Assembly (NCBI GenBank): GCA_043814015.1
Contig: JBDRKM010000267.1
Span: 8,773-72,772, forward strand
Reading direction: 5' to 3'
Source of the DNA: Pseudomonadota bacterium
GTDB lineage: Bacteria; Myxococcota_A; UBA796; JAFGLY01
DNA: 64,000 nt
In this document: one piece after another, positions 1-9,657 of the stretch
How the letters are laid out: the number at the start of each line of letters is the position of its first letter
How positions within the stretch are numbered: position 1 is the stretch's first letter
Notes under the pieces: generated by a model
Told to the model about the DNA's origin: nothing
What the model saw: only the letters and a program-made list of their open reading frames with translations
The model's database searches: none
Made by a program: the position numbers and the translations under genes

Positions 1-2319
1 ACGAGGCCATCGGCGGCGCCGCCGGGGCGCTCCGGGAGCGCGCCGAGGCCGTGGTCGGCCAGCTGGAGGAGGGCGCCTGCGACCAGGCCCGCCGGCTGCT
101 GGTGCGCCTGGTGGGGCCGGCCGACACCGGCGCGCGCGACACCCGCCGGCGGGTGGCGCTGGCGCACATCGGCACGCGGTCGGGCGAGGAGCAGGGCGAG
201 TTCGCCGCCATCGTCGACGCCCTGGTGGCGGAGCGGCTGGTGGTACGCGGCAAGGGAGAGGCGGGCGAGAGCACCCTGGAGGTGGCCCACGAGGCGCTGA
301 TCCGCTCCTGGCCGCGGCTGCGCCGCTGGGTGGACGAGTCGCGCGAGGTGCTGCAGCAGGTGGAGCGGGTGGAGCGGGCCCTGGCGGACTGGCAGGCGGG
401 CCAGGGCGATCTCTTGCGCGGCCGCTCCCTGGTGCTGGCCCAGGGCGTGCAGCAGGAGCTGGGCGAGGCCGCCGCTGACTTCGTGCGGCGGAGCGAGCAG
501 GCCGAGGGCCAGCGCGCGGCGCGCGCCCGGCGTCGCACCCGGATCATCCTGCTGGCGGCCACCCTGGTGGCGCTGGCCATGGCGGGGCTCGCCCTCTGGG
601 CGTTGGGCCAGCGGCGCACGGCCCTGGAGGCCACCGCGACGGCGGAGCAGGCACGCGAGGAGAAGGCTCGGGAGGCCGCCAACGCCGAGGCGGCCCAGCA
701 CCGGGCGCAGGACGCCCTGCTGCTTGGGGCGGCACAGCGCATGGCCCGGGAGCAGGCCCCCACCCGCGCGGCCATGCTGCTGGCCGAGATGAACACGCCC
801 GCCGACCTGCCCGGCTTCAACGCCCTGGCGGTGGACCTGATCTACGGCCCATCCCCCGCCGCCACCACCTTCTGGGCCGGCCACGACATGGCGGTGCTCT
901 CCGTGGCGTTCAGCCCCGACGCCAGCCTGGTGGCCACCGGCTCGCTGGACACCACCATGGCAGTCTGGCGGGCCGACGGCACGGGGGAGACCGAGCGCAC
1001 CCAGGTTGACCGCTGGGTCCGGCGTGTCTCCTTCGCCGAGGACGGCGCCAGGGCCGGCGCCAAGGGCGGGTCCGCCGCCCCCGCCGAGGTTCCACCGCGT
1101 CTCGCACAGCTCGAGGAGCTGCCGCACGCCGTGAGCGCCGACGGATCCCTGGTCGTCGCCGGATACCATGACGGCACCGCACAGGTCTGGCGGCTGGCGG
1201 AGCGCGCCCCCATCACCCTGGACGGCGGCGGCGGCCCCATCCTGGCGGCGGCCTTCACCGATGGAGGGGCGCACATCCTCACGGTGGCGCCCGGCGGAGT
1301 CCTGCGCTGGCCCGCGGAGGGCGGCGGGGCCCCCCGAGCGCCTGCTGCCCGCGCTGGCCGAGGCTTGGGCCGCGGCCCTGAGCCCCGACGGCACGCTGCT
1401 GGCCTGGGCGGAGGGGGCGCTGGTGCACCTCCAGCGCCTGGACGGCGGCGGCACCCCCGTGGTGCTGGAGGGCCACACAGAGCCCGGCAACGCGATCCAG
1501 TTCAGCCCCGACGGTGCCCGCCTCGTCACCGGCTCCAGCGACGAGAGCGCCCGTGTCTGGTCCGTGGACGGTGCGGGCGAGCCCGTGCTGCTCCAGCACG
1601 ACGAAGGGGTCCCCAGCGTGTCCTTCAGCGCCGACGGCGCGCGCGTGTGCAGCACCAGTGCCTCCTGGGGGCAGAGCGGCACCGCCTGGCTGTGGCCGGC
1701 GCTGGGGGGCGAGGCGCTGGACACCTTCTCCGTCTACATGGAGAACATCTACCTGGCGGCGCTGTCGCCCGACGGCCGCCAGGTGGCCACCGCGGGCGAC
1801 TGGCGGGTTCGTCTCTGGACGCTGGGCCAGGGTGATGACCCCTCCCCGACGGAGGGCGGGGAGGGGTCACCGCCGCTGTGGAACCTGGTGGGGACGCCCG
1901 AGACCCTGACCTTCAGCCCCGACGGGGCCTGTGTGCTGGTGGGCACCAGCGAGGGCGGCATCGAGCTGGGCAGGGTGGCCCGCGACGCGGAGGTCTTCCG
2001 CTGGAAGGCCCACGAGGACGCCGTCTCCGGGCTGGCCTTCAGCCCCGACGGCGCCTGGCTGCTGAGCAGCTCCCGTGACGGCACCGCCCGCCTGTGGCGC
2101 TACTCCTCCACGAGCCTCCAGCAGGCCCTGCGCGCCATCCGCGGCTGCCTGCCCCCCACCGACCGCATGCGCCTGCTGGGGGAGCCGAAGAGCGAAGCCG
2201 CCGCGCACTACAGCGCCTGCCAGGTGAAGCTGGGCCGCGAGGAGGAGCCCTGGTTCCCCGTGGATGTCCCCGGCGTGCAGCGCTTCGCTCCCCGAGACAC
2301 GGGCGCAGCGGAGCGGTGA
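1..2319 (+). pseudogene. STAND-type NTPase C-terminal region fused to WD40 beta-propeller repeats. The 5' end lies outside the window. The frame is broken by a 1-nt shift at the G4C6 run 1326-1335.
   Basis: The frame of ORF 51..1835 reads a winged-helix-like segment (LVRLVGPADTGARDTRRRVALAHI ... EVAHEALIRSWPRLRRWV) and then WD40 units (LSVAFSPDASLVATGSLDTTMAVWR). After about 1335 it becomes Arg/Pro/Gly junk. The WD40 units continue in the +1 frame of ORF 1168..2319 (IQFSPDGARLVTGSSDESARVWS; LAFSPDGAWLLSSSRDGTARLWR). Removing one C from the C6 run gives a continuous ...WPAEGGGAPERLLPALAEAW... Confidence 0.65.
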
Positions 2320-2425
2320 GCCCCGAATCGTCCGACGATTCGGCGTGAGCGGGGTCTGGTCTTCACCCTGGGTTGTGGAGGTATACTGCCCTCCGTGGGC
2401 TCCTCCCGGGGCCCGGGGAGCCGCC

Positions 2426-5400
2426 ATGGACCATCGCTGCGCCATCGGACTGCTGGCTCTTTCCCTGACCGCCTGCCCCAAGGACGATGGCGGGGACGAC
2501 TCCGGGGGGCCGGTCAACACCTTCCCGTCGATCACCCTGCTCTCCCCCGCGGACGGCGACGTCCTGGCCGAGGGCGAGCCGCTGCTCGTGGAGGCCGAGG
2601 TCGCCGACGCCGAGGAGCCGCCAGAGGACCTCCGGTTGTACTGGTTCTCGCCTCAGGACGGGGTACTCTCCCTCGACCCCGCCGACACCGACGGGCACGT
2701 GTCATTCAAGGTCGCCGATCTGGCCGTGGGGAGCCACGAGATCCATGGCGAGGTCGCCGACAGCGGCGATCTCATCGCCACAGTCCGGGTGACGGTGACC
2801 GTCGACGGCCGCCCGAGCGCCCCGGTGATCACGCTCGCGCCCGACCCCGCCACCAGCGCGGACGATCTCTGCGCCACCATCGACACCCCCTCCGTGGACC
2901 CGGAGGGCGACGAGGTCAGCTACGCCTGGGCCTGGTTCGTGGACGGCGCCCCTTCCGGCGCCTCCACCAGCGCCACCCTGCCGGCCCACGCCACCACGGC
3001 GGGCGAGACCTGGACCGTCGAGGTCGCCCCCGGCGATGGCATCCAGAAGGGGCCAGCTGGCGAGGCCTCCCTGCTGATCGGCTCCGCCCCGCCCGACGCT
3101 CCGGGGATCGCCATCCTCCCGGAAGGACCCGTCGAGGACTGTGACGATCTCGTCTGCACTGTGATCAGCCCCTCCACCGACCCCGACGGCGACGCGGTCA
3201 CCTACAGCATGACCTGGACCGTGGACGGAACGGCCTGGGGCGCGGGGGAAACAACCACCTGGCCGGGCGACACGGTCCCAGCCGGGACGCCCCGCGCGGG
3301 CGAGGTCTGGACCTGCACGGCAACCCCCACGGACGGCCTGGAGGAGGGTATCCCCGGGAACGCCTCGGCCTCCATCCTGACCATCCCCTGCCCCGTCTAC
3401 ACCTCACCGGACGGCGCCGCAGACGCCCGCGGCTGCCACGGAGACCCGCTCGACACCATCGCGGCCGCCATGGCCCAGGCCGAAACCGACACCTGCCCCA
3501 CGGTCATCCTGGAGCCCGGCACCTACGACGAGCGCGTTGACTTCTCCGGGCAAGCCGTGACCCTCACCTCCGAGTCCGGCCCGGCAGTCACCACCATCGC
3601 GCCCTCGGCCGGCGGCACCGTGGTCACCTTCGCCGCGGGCGAGGGCCCCGACAGCGTGCTCGACGGCCTGACCATCACCGGGGGCACAGAGCACGGCCTG
3701 CTCATCCGCGCGGCCTCGCCCACCGTCACGGGCTGCGTCATCCGCGACAACACGGGCGAGGACGGCGCTGGGGTGTACGCCAGCGACTACGACGGGCTGT
3801 TCCAGGGCAACACCCTCAGCGGCAACGTGGCCAGCGACGCCGGCGGCGGTCTGTACCTGGACGGCGGCAGCGCCGTGATCGACGCCAACCGCTTCGAGGC
3901 CAACGAGGGCGGCGAGGCGGCGGGGATCTGGCTGGAGGCCACGGCCACCGTCTCCAACAACCTCGTGGTCGGCAGCGTCGGCGACGGGATCCTGCTGCAC
4001 GCCTCCGGCGAAGACGATCTGGACGACTCGAACCTGCTGAACAACGTCGTGGCGCTGTCCACCCACGACGGCGTCGTCATCGGCTACTACACCACGGGCC
4101 CGTACGCCTGGCAGGTTGGCTACGCCTCGACCAACGTCCAGAACAACATCTTCTACGAGGCGGGGAGGTACGACGTCTACGGGCAAGTGACCTACTCAAC
4201 CCTGCCCATCACCGGTCCGAAATGGCACTACAACGATGTCTTTGGAACAGGCGGATACAGCCAGGGCGGCGTTCCGATGTCGTACGGGAACTTCTCCCAG
4301 GACCCCCGCTTCACCGACCCGTCTGCGGGTGATTTCACCCTCACCTGGGGCTCCCCCTGCATCGACAGTGGGGTGGATGTGGGCGACTGGGGCGTCACCA
4401 CCGACATCGACGGCGCTCCCAGGGCGCAGGGCCCAGCCATCGACCTTGGCGCCTGGGAGTACCCCGGCCCCACCGACGACTGCGATGGCGTGGACGACGG
4501 CCCCCAGTGCGCCACCGGCTGCCCAGTCTACGTGGACCCCAACACCCTGCCCGGTGGGAACGGCGACAGCGCGATGCCCTACGCCAGCATCCCCTACGCC
4601 CAGGCCTACCGAGCTGCGTGCGACGAGATCGTCCTGAGACCTGGAACCTACCAGGTCGAGCTCGACTACGGCGGCGAGGATCTCTACATCCACTCGTCGG
4701 AGGGGCCTGAGAGCGCGGTCCTCCGCTCCCCGACCGGCCGGACCGTGGTGACCTTCGAGGACGGTGAGACCGCGGCGGCCATCCTGGAAGGAGTGACCGT
4801 CACGAACAGCATCTGGGGCGGCATCGACATCGACGGTGCCGCCCCCACCATCCGCGGCTGCATCATCACGGGCAACACGGGCAGCAACGGCGCAGGCGTG
4901 GAGGCCTGGGACTACGACGGGCTCTTCCAGGGCAACACCGTGAGCCTCAACACCGCCGAGGACGAAGGCGGCGGCTTCTTCCTCTACGGCGGCAGCGCCG
5001 TGATCGACGGCAACTGGTTCGAGGCCAACGAGGCCTCCATCGGGGCGGGGATCTGGCTGCTGGGCACGGCGACGGTGTCCAACAACGTGGTGCTGGACTC
5101 GGTCGGCTCGGGGCTGTTCCTCGCCTCGGAGTGGTGCGTCGGGGATGCCTCCTTCGTCCTCGGCAACACCCTCGTGGGTGCCACCACCAACGGCGTGCAG
5201 GTCGACCGGGACCACGGCTACGGCGACCCATTCTGCGGCGCGACCACCCGCGTCGTGGGCAACATCATCTACGGGTCCGGGGACGATGATGTGCACTTCC
5301 CGGTCGACGAGGACTACCCCTTCGTCGACTTGACCTGGCAGAACAACGACGTCTGGGGCGGGAACGGGTACAGCAGCCAGGACCCCGGAAGCACATGGGG

Positions 5401-5581
5401 CAACATCAGCGAAGACCCTGCCTTCGTGGACGAGGCCGCCCACGACTTCCACCTGGCCGCGGCCTCCGCCTGCATCGATCAGGGCCAGGATCTCAGCGCC
5501 TACGGGGTCACCACCGACCACGACGGCACCGCCCGCCCCCAGGGCGCCGCCTACGACATAGGGGCCTACGAGAGCTACTAG
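2426..5581 (+). CDS. Secreted lipoprotein with two Ig-like modules followed by two tandem right-handed parallel beta-helix modules
   Basis: The internal ATG at 2426 gives MDHRCAIGLLALSLTAC (signal peptide plus lipobox), so I prefer it to the ORF start at 2264. Two roughly 330-aa modules are clearly paralogous: CPVY..., GxxVTF..GE....L.G(L/V)T(I/V)T, NTG..GAG, GNT(L/V)S.N.A...GGG(L/F)(Y/F)L.GGSAVID.N.FEANE. Each module ends in DP.F.D....DF.L...S.CID.G...........D.DG..R.QG...D(L/I)GA(W/Y)E. Confidence 0.75.
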   Translation: MDHRCAIGLLALSLTACPKDDGGDDSGGPVNTFPSITLLSPADGDVLAEGEPLLVEAEVADAEEPPEDLRLYWFSPQDGVLSLDPADTDGHVSFKVADLAVGSHEIHGEVADSGDLIATVRVTVTVDGRPSAPVITLAPDPATSADDLCATIDTPSVDPEGDEVSYAWAWFVDGAPSGASTSATLPAHATTAGETWTVEVAPGDGIQKGPAGEASLLIGSAPPDAPGIAILPEGPVEDCDDLVCTVISPSTDPDGDAVTYSMTWTVDGTAWGAGETTTWPGDTVPAGTPRAGEVWTCTATPTDGLEEGIPGNASASILTIPCPVYTSPDGAADARGCHGDPLDTIAAAMAQAETDTCPTVILEPGTYDERVDFSGQAVTLTSESGPAVTTIAPSAGGTVVTFAAGEGPDSVLDGLTITGGTEHGLLIRAASPTVTGCVIRDNTGEDGAGVYASDYDGLFQGNTLSGNVASDAGGGLYLDGGSAVIDANRFEANEGGEAAGIWLEATATVSNNLVVGSVGDGILLHASGEDDLDDSNLLNNVVALSTHDGVVIGYYTTGPYAWQVGYASTNVQNNIFYEAGRYDVYGQVTYSTLPITGPKWHYNDVFGTGGYSQGGVPMSYGNFSQDPRFTDPSAGDFTLTWGSPCIDSGVDVGDWGVTTDIDGAPRAQGPAIDLGAWEYPGPTDDCDGVDDGPQCATGCPVYVDPNTLPGGNGDSAMPYASIPYAQAYRAACDEIVLRPGTYQVELDYGGEDLYIHSSEGPESAVLRSPTGRTVVTFEDGETAAAILEGVTVTNSIWGGIDIDGAAPTIRGCIITGNTGSNGAGVEAWDYDGLFQGNTVSLNTAEDEGGGFFLYGGSAVIDGNWFEANEASIGAGIWLLGTATVSNNVVLDSVGSGLFLASEWCVGDASFVLGNTLVGATTNGVQVDRDHGYGDPFCGATTRVVGNIIYGSGDDDVHFPVDEDYPFVDLTWQNNDVWGGNGYSSQDPGSTWGNISEDPAFVDEAAHDFHLAAASACIDQGQDLSAYGVTTDHDGTARPQGAAYDIGAYESY

Positions 5582-5634
5582 CGATCGCCCAGGGTTAAGC
5601 TCAGCCTCGACGCCACCATCCCCCGGAGAGTCGG

Positions 5635-8600
5635 ATGAACGCCATGTCCCGCCCCCTGCTGACCCTCGTCCTCGCCACCCTCGTCGCCTGCCCCGAGCCC
5701 GAGAAGCCAGACGACACCGGCACGCCCGACACCAACGTGGTGGACGCGGACGGTGACGGTTTCGGCGTCGACGAGGACTGCGACGACGCCGACGCCGCCA
5801 TCCACCCAGGCGCCGACGAGGCCTGCAACGGCCTGGACGACGACTGCGACGGCGAGACCGACGAAGGCGTCACCACCACCTTCTACGCCGACGTCGATGA
5901 TGACGGCTACGGCGATCCCGACGCCACCACCCAGGCCTGTGAGGTCCCCTCCGGCTACCTCGCCGAGGCCAGCGACTGTGACGACGGCGACGCCACCATC
6001 CACCCCGGGGCCGACGAGGCCTGTGACGGCGTTGACCAGGACTGCGACGGCGAGATCGACGAAGGCGTCACCACCACCTTCTACGCCGACGCGGACGGCG
6101 ACGGCTTTGGCGACGCCGCCACCACCGCCGGGGCCTGCGCCCGCCCCTCGGGCTTCGTGGAGGACGCCACCGACTGCGACGATGGCGACGCGAGCGCCCA
6201 TCCCGGCGCCCCCGAGGACTGCGACGGGGTGGACGACGACTGCGACGGCGAGGTGGACGAGGGCGTGACCTCCACCTTCTGGGCCGACGCGGACGGCGAC
6301 GGCTACGGCGACTTCGCCAACCCCACCGAGGCCTGCACCGCCCCTTCGGGCTTCGTCGCCGACGCTACCGACTGCGACGACGGGCAGGCCTCCGCCTACC
6401 CCGGCGCCACCGAACGCTGCGACGGCCGTGACACCGACTTCGACGGCGCCGTGGACGAGGCGGGCGCCGAGGGCATGTCCACCTTCTACGCCGATGCTGA
6501 CGGCGACGGGTACGGCGATCCCGCCACCACCGCCGAGGGCTGCACCGCCCCCACCGGCTTCGTCGCCGACGCCACCGACTGCGACGACGCGGAGGCCGCC
6601 GCCCACCCCGGCGGCACCGAGGTCTGCGACGGCCTGGACAACGACTGCGACGGCGACACCGACGAGGACTCCGCCATCGACGCGGCCACCTGGTACCTGG
6701 ACGCCGACGCCGATGGCTACGGCTCCCTGGTCTTCACCCTCACCCGCTGCACCGCCCCCACGGGCTACGTCGCCACGAGCGGCGACTGCGACGATCTGGA
6801 TGCCGACATCTCCCCCGCGGCCACCGAGGTCTGCGACGACGCGGACAACGACTGCGACGGCGCCATCGACGAGGCCGGCGCCGCGGGCGCCCCCACCTGG
6901 TACCTGGATGCCGACGGCGACGGCTACGGCCTCGACGCCACCACCGTCGAAGCCTGCGACGCCCCCAGCGGGTATGTGGCCGACCCGGGCGACTGCGACG
7001 ACACCCAGGCCGCGGTGAACCCCGTGGCAGACGAGCTGTGCGACGGTGTGGACAACGACTGCGACGGCGACACCGACGAGGAGGACGCCACCGACGCCGC
7101 CACCTGGTACGCGGATGTGGACGGCGACGGCTACGGCACCCCCGGCACCACCGTCCTGGCCTGCACCGCCCCCTCCGGCTTCCTCGGCAACGCCGAGGAC
7201 TGCGACGACACCGTCGCCGCCGTCAACCCCGCCGCCGCCGAGCTGTGCAACGGCGCCGATGACGACTGCGACGGCGTCATCGACGAGGACGACGCCACCG
7301 ACGCGCTGCTCTGGTACCTGGACGCCGACGCCGACGGCTACGGCGACGCGGCGAGCACCGCCCGGGCCTGCGCCGTGCCCAGCGGGTACTCGGCCGACGA
7401 CACCGACTGCGACGACGCCGAGGCCACCACCCACCCTGGCGCCGGCGAGACCTGCGACGGCCTCGACCAGGACTGCGACGGCGCCATCGACGAGGACGTG
7501 GCCTGGTTCGACGCCTACCAGGACGCCGATGGCGATGGCTTTGGCGATCCCGCGGGCTCCACCTGGGTCTGCGATCTGCCCTCCGGCGCCGTGGCCGACG
7601 GCAACGACTGCGACGACGCCGACCCGACCGTGCACCCCGGCGCCGCCGAGGTCTGCGACGGCCTCGACCAGGACTGCGACGGCACGGCGGACGACGGCGT
7701 GCTCGGCACCTGGTACCTGGACGCCGACGCCGACGGCTACGGCGACCCGGCCACGGCTGTGGAGGCCTGCGCCGCCCCCTCCGGCTACCTCGCCGACGAC
7801 TCCGACTGCGACGACACCGACGACGCCGTGCACCCCGGCGCCGAGGATCTGTGCGACGGGATCGACAACGACTGCGACGGTGTGGTGGACGGCGGCGGCG
7901 AGGAGCTCTTCTACGCCGACCTCGACGGCGACGGCTTCGGCGATGCGGAGAGCAGCGTCACGGGCTGCAGCGCGCCCAGCGGCTACGTCACGGACGACAC
8001 GGACTGCGACGACACCGATGCCAGCGTCTACCCCGGCTCCCTGGCCCCCGAGATCCCCGACGACGGCATCGACAGCAACTGCGACGGCAACGACGGCTGC
8101 ACCGATCTGAACTGCGATGGCCTGCCCGATCTCGTCTTCGCCGGTCTGCGCTCGGGCACCTCCGGCTCCTACACCACCAGCACCTACCTGTACTACTCCA
8201 CCGGCTACGGCTTCTCGTCGTCCTACCGCGACACCCTGTCGTCCGAGGGCGCCAGCGGCGTGGTGCTCCAGGATCTCGACCAGGACGGCTACGTCGATGT
8301 GCTCCTGCTCAACGAGTACAACGGATCGTCCTACTCCCGGAACTCCTACGTGTACTATGGCTCCGGGTCCGGCTACTCCTCCTCCGACGCCCAGGCCCTG
8401 CCCACGGTGGGCGCGCTGGACGCCGCGGTGGAGGACCTCGACAACGACGGCTGGCTCGACATCGTCGTGGCCAACTACTACACGGGCTCCTCCTACTCCA
8501 CCAGCAGCTACATCTACTGGGGCTCGGCCCTCGGCTACTCCAGCGCCGACCGCTCCTCGCTGGCCACCTACGGGGCCTACGACGTGGACATCGCCGATCT

Positions 8601-9435
8601 CGACGAGGATGGCTGGCTCGATCTGGTCTTCGCCGACTTCCGCAGCAGCAGCACCGACTTCACGGTCAACAGCTACGTGTACTGGGGCTCGTCCGCCGGC
8701 TTCTCCTCCTCCGACCGCACCAGCCTGGCCACCAACGGCGCCCGGGAGGCCCTCATCACCGACGTGAACAACGATGGCTGGCTGGACATCGTCTTCGCCT
8801 GCTACCGCAACGACAGCTCCTATTCCACCAGCTCCTATGTCTACTACGGCTCCGCCGGCGGCTACTCCAGCGCCGCGCGCGACGCCCTCGCCACCTACGG
8901 TGCCTTCGACGTGGCCGTGGCCGATCTCAACCAGGACACCTACCCCGACCTGGTCTTCGCCAACTACTACTCGGGCAGCAGCTACTCCACGAGCAGCTAC
9001 ATCTACTGGGGCACCGCGGGCGGCTACTCCAGCTCAGCCCGCAGCGCCCTGTCCACCCTGGGCGCCCGCGACGTGGCCATCGCCGACTTCGACCAGGACG
9101 GCTGGGACGACCTGGCGTTCGCCAACTACTACAACGGCTCCAGCTACGGCATCTCCTCCTACATCTACTGGAACTCCGCCAGCGGCACCACCTCCTCCTA
9201 CTCCACCTCCGACCGCACCAGCCTGACCACCTACGGCGCCACCCGCGTGGCGGCCGCGGACATGGACCTGGATGGCTGGGACGACCTGGTGTTCAACAAC
9301 TACTACACGGGCAGCACCTACAGCACCGACTCGTACGTGTACTACAGCACTGCGGGTGTGTTCAGCGCCTCCAACCGCGACGATCTGCCCGCCCAGGGCC
9401 CCTGGGCAGCGGCGGGGATCGTGGGGGTGGACTGA
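5635..9435 (+). CDS. Giant lipoprotein with about 12 MopE-type Cys-rich putative metal-binding repeats followed by 8 FG-GAP/VCBS-like propeller repeats
   Basis: MNAMSRPLLTLVLATLVAC is a lipobox. Repeats of the form DCDD.....HPGA.E.C(D/N)G.D(D/N)DCDG..DE occur about every 48 aa. They are followed by 8 units like DLDNDGWLDIVVANYYTGSSYSTSSYIYWGS..GYSS. A GGAGAG sequence lies just upstream of the ATG. Confidence 0.85.
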   Translation: MNAMSRPLLTLVLATLVACPEPEKPDDTGTPDTNVVDADGDGFGVDEDCDDADAAIHPGADEACNGLDDDCDGETDEGVTTTFYADVDDDGYGDPDATTQACEVPSGYLAEASDCDDGDATIHPGADEACDGVDQDCDGEIDEGVTTTFYADADGDGFGDAATTAGACARPSGFVEDATDCDDGDASAHPGAPEDCDGVDDDCDGEVDEGVTSTFWADADGDGYGDFANPTEACTAPSGFVADATDCDDGQASAYPGATERCDGRDTDFDGAVDEAGAEGMSTFYADADGDGYGDPATTAEGCTAPTGFVADATDCDDAEAAAHPGGTEVCDGLDNDCDGDTDEDSAIDAATWYLDADADGYGSLVFTLTRCTAPTGYVATSGDCDDLDADISPAATEVCDDADNDCDGAIDEAGAAGAPTWYLDADGDGYGLDATTVEACDAPSGYVADPGDCDDTQAAVNPVADELCDGVDNDCDGDTDEEDATDAATWYADVDGDGYGTPGTTVLACTAPSGFLGNAEDCDDTVAAVNPAAAELCNGADDDCDGVIDEDDATDALLWYLDADADGYGDAASTARACAVPSGYSADDTDCDDAEATTHPGAGETCDGLDQDCDGAIDEDVAWFDAYQDADGDGFGDPAGSTWVCDLPSGAVADGNDCDDADPTVHPGAAEVCDGLDQDCDGTADDGVLGTWYLDADADGYGDPATAVEACAAPSGYLADDSDCDDTDDAVHPGAEDLCDGIDNDCDGVVDGGGEELFYADLDGDGFGDAESSVTGCSAPSGYVTDDTDCDDTDASVYPGSLAPEIPDDGIDSNCDGNDGCTDLNCDGLPDLVFAGLRSGTSGSYTTSTYLYYSTGYGFSSSYRDTLSSEGASGVVLQDLDQDGYVDVLLLNEYNGSSYSRNSYVYYGSGSGYSSSDAQALPTVGALDAAVEDLDNDGWLDIVVANYYTGSSYSTSSYIYWGSALGYSSADRSSLATYGAYDVDIADLDEDGWLDLVFADFRSSSTDFTVNSYVYWGSSAGFSSSDRTSLATNGAREALITDVNNDGWLDIVFACYRNDSSYSTSSYVYYGSAGGYSSAARDALATYGAFDVAVADLNQDTYPDLVFANYYSGSSYSTSSYIYWGTAGGYSSSARSALSTLGARDVAIADFDQDGWDDLAFANYYNGSSYGISSYIYWNSASGTTSSYSTSDRTSLTTYGATRVAAADMDLDGWDDLVFNNYYTGSTYSTDSYVYYSTAGVFSASNRDDLPAQGPWAAAGIVGVD

Positions 9436-9657
9436 TCCGCCCATGGGCCCAGGCCCAGGGCCCGGCCCGCCCAGGGGTCAGGTTGTTGTGATTACCTTTT
9501 TTTTCGCGATATTACGCTTTGAAACTTGCCCGCGCGGTTGCACCGTCAACACCTGGCCCGGTCAGGCGGTCGCCGCAGGGTAGGTTCTCCGGGAGAAAGG
9601 ACAATAGCAACGTCACGTTCCGGCGCGAGAGAAATTGTAATTGTAACGTCCTGACCC

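Noticed and set aside
5578-7833. 751-aa ORF on the minus strand
   Set aside because: It is exactly antisense to the MopE-type repeat gene. Its translation is monotonous Gly/Val/Ala low complexity with the same periodicity. The plus-strand product has a lipobox, an RBS and coherent Cys-rich modules. This is a typical high-GC antisense phantom.
9497-9504. T8 tract after the giant lipoprotein gene as an intrinsic terminator
   Set aside because: I could not find a convincing GC-rich stem directly upstream of the T run; ggtcaggttgttgtgattacc is not self-complementary. It is left unannotated.
9436-9657. Lower-GC convergent intergenic region (aattgtaattgtaac, scattered gtcagg/cctgac) as a possible small RNA or mobile-element scar
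   Set aside because: It contains only very short repeats, no convincing structure and no coding signal. I cannot support a feature from sequence alone.
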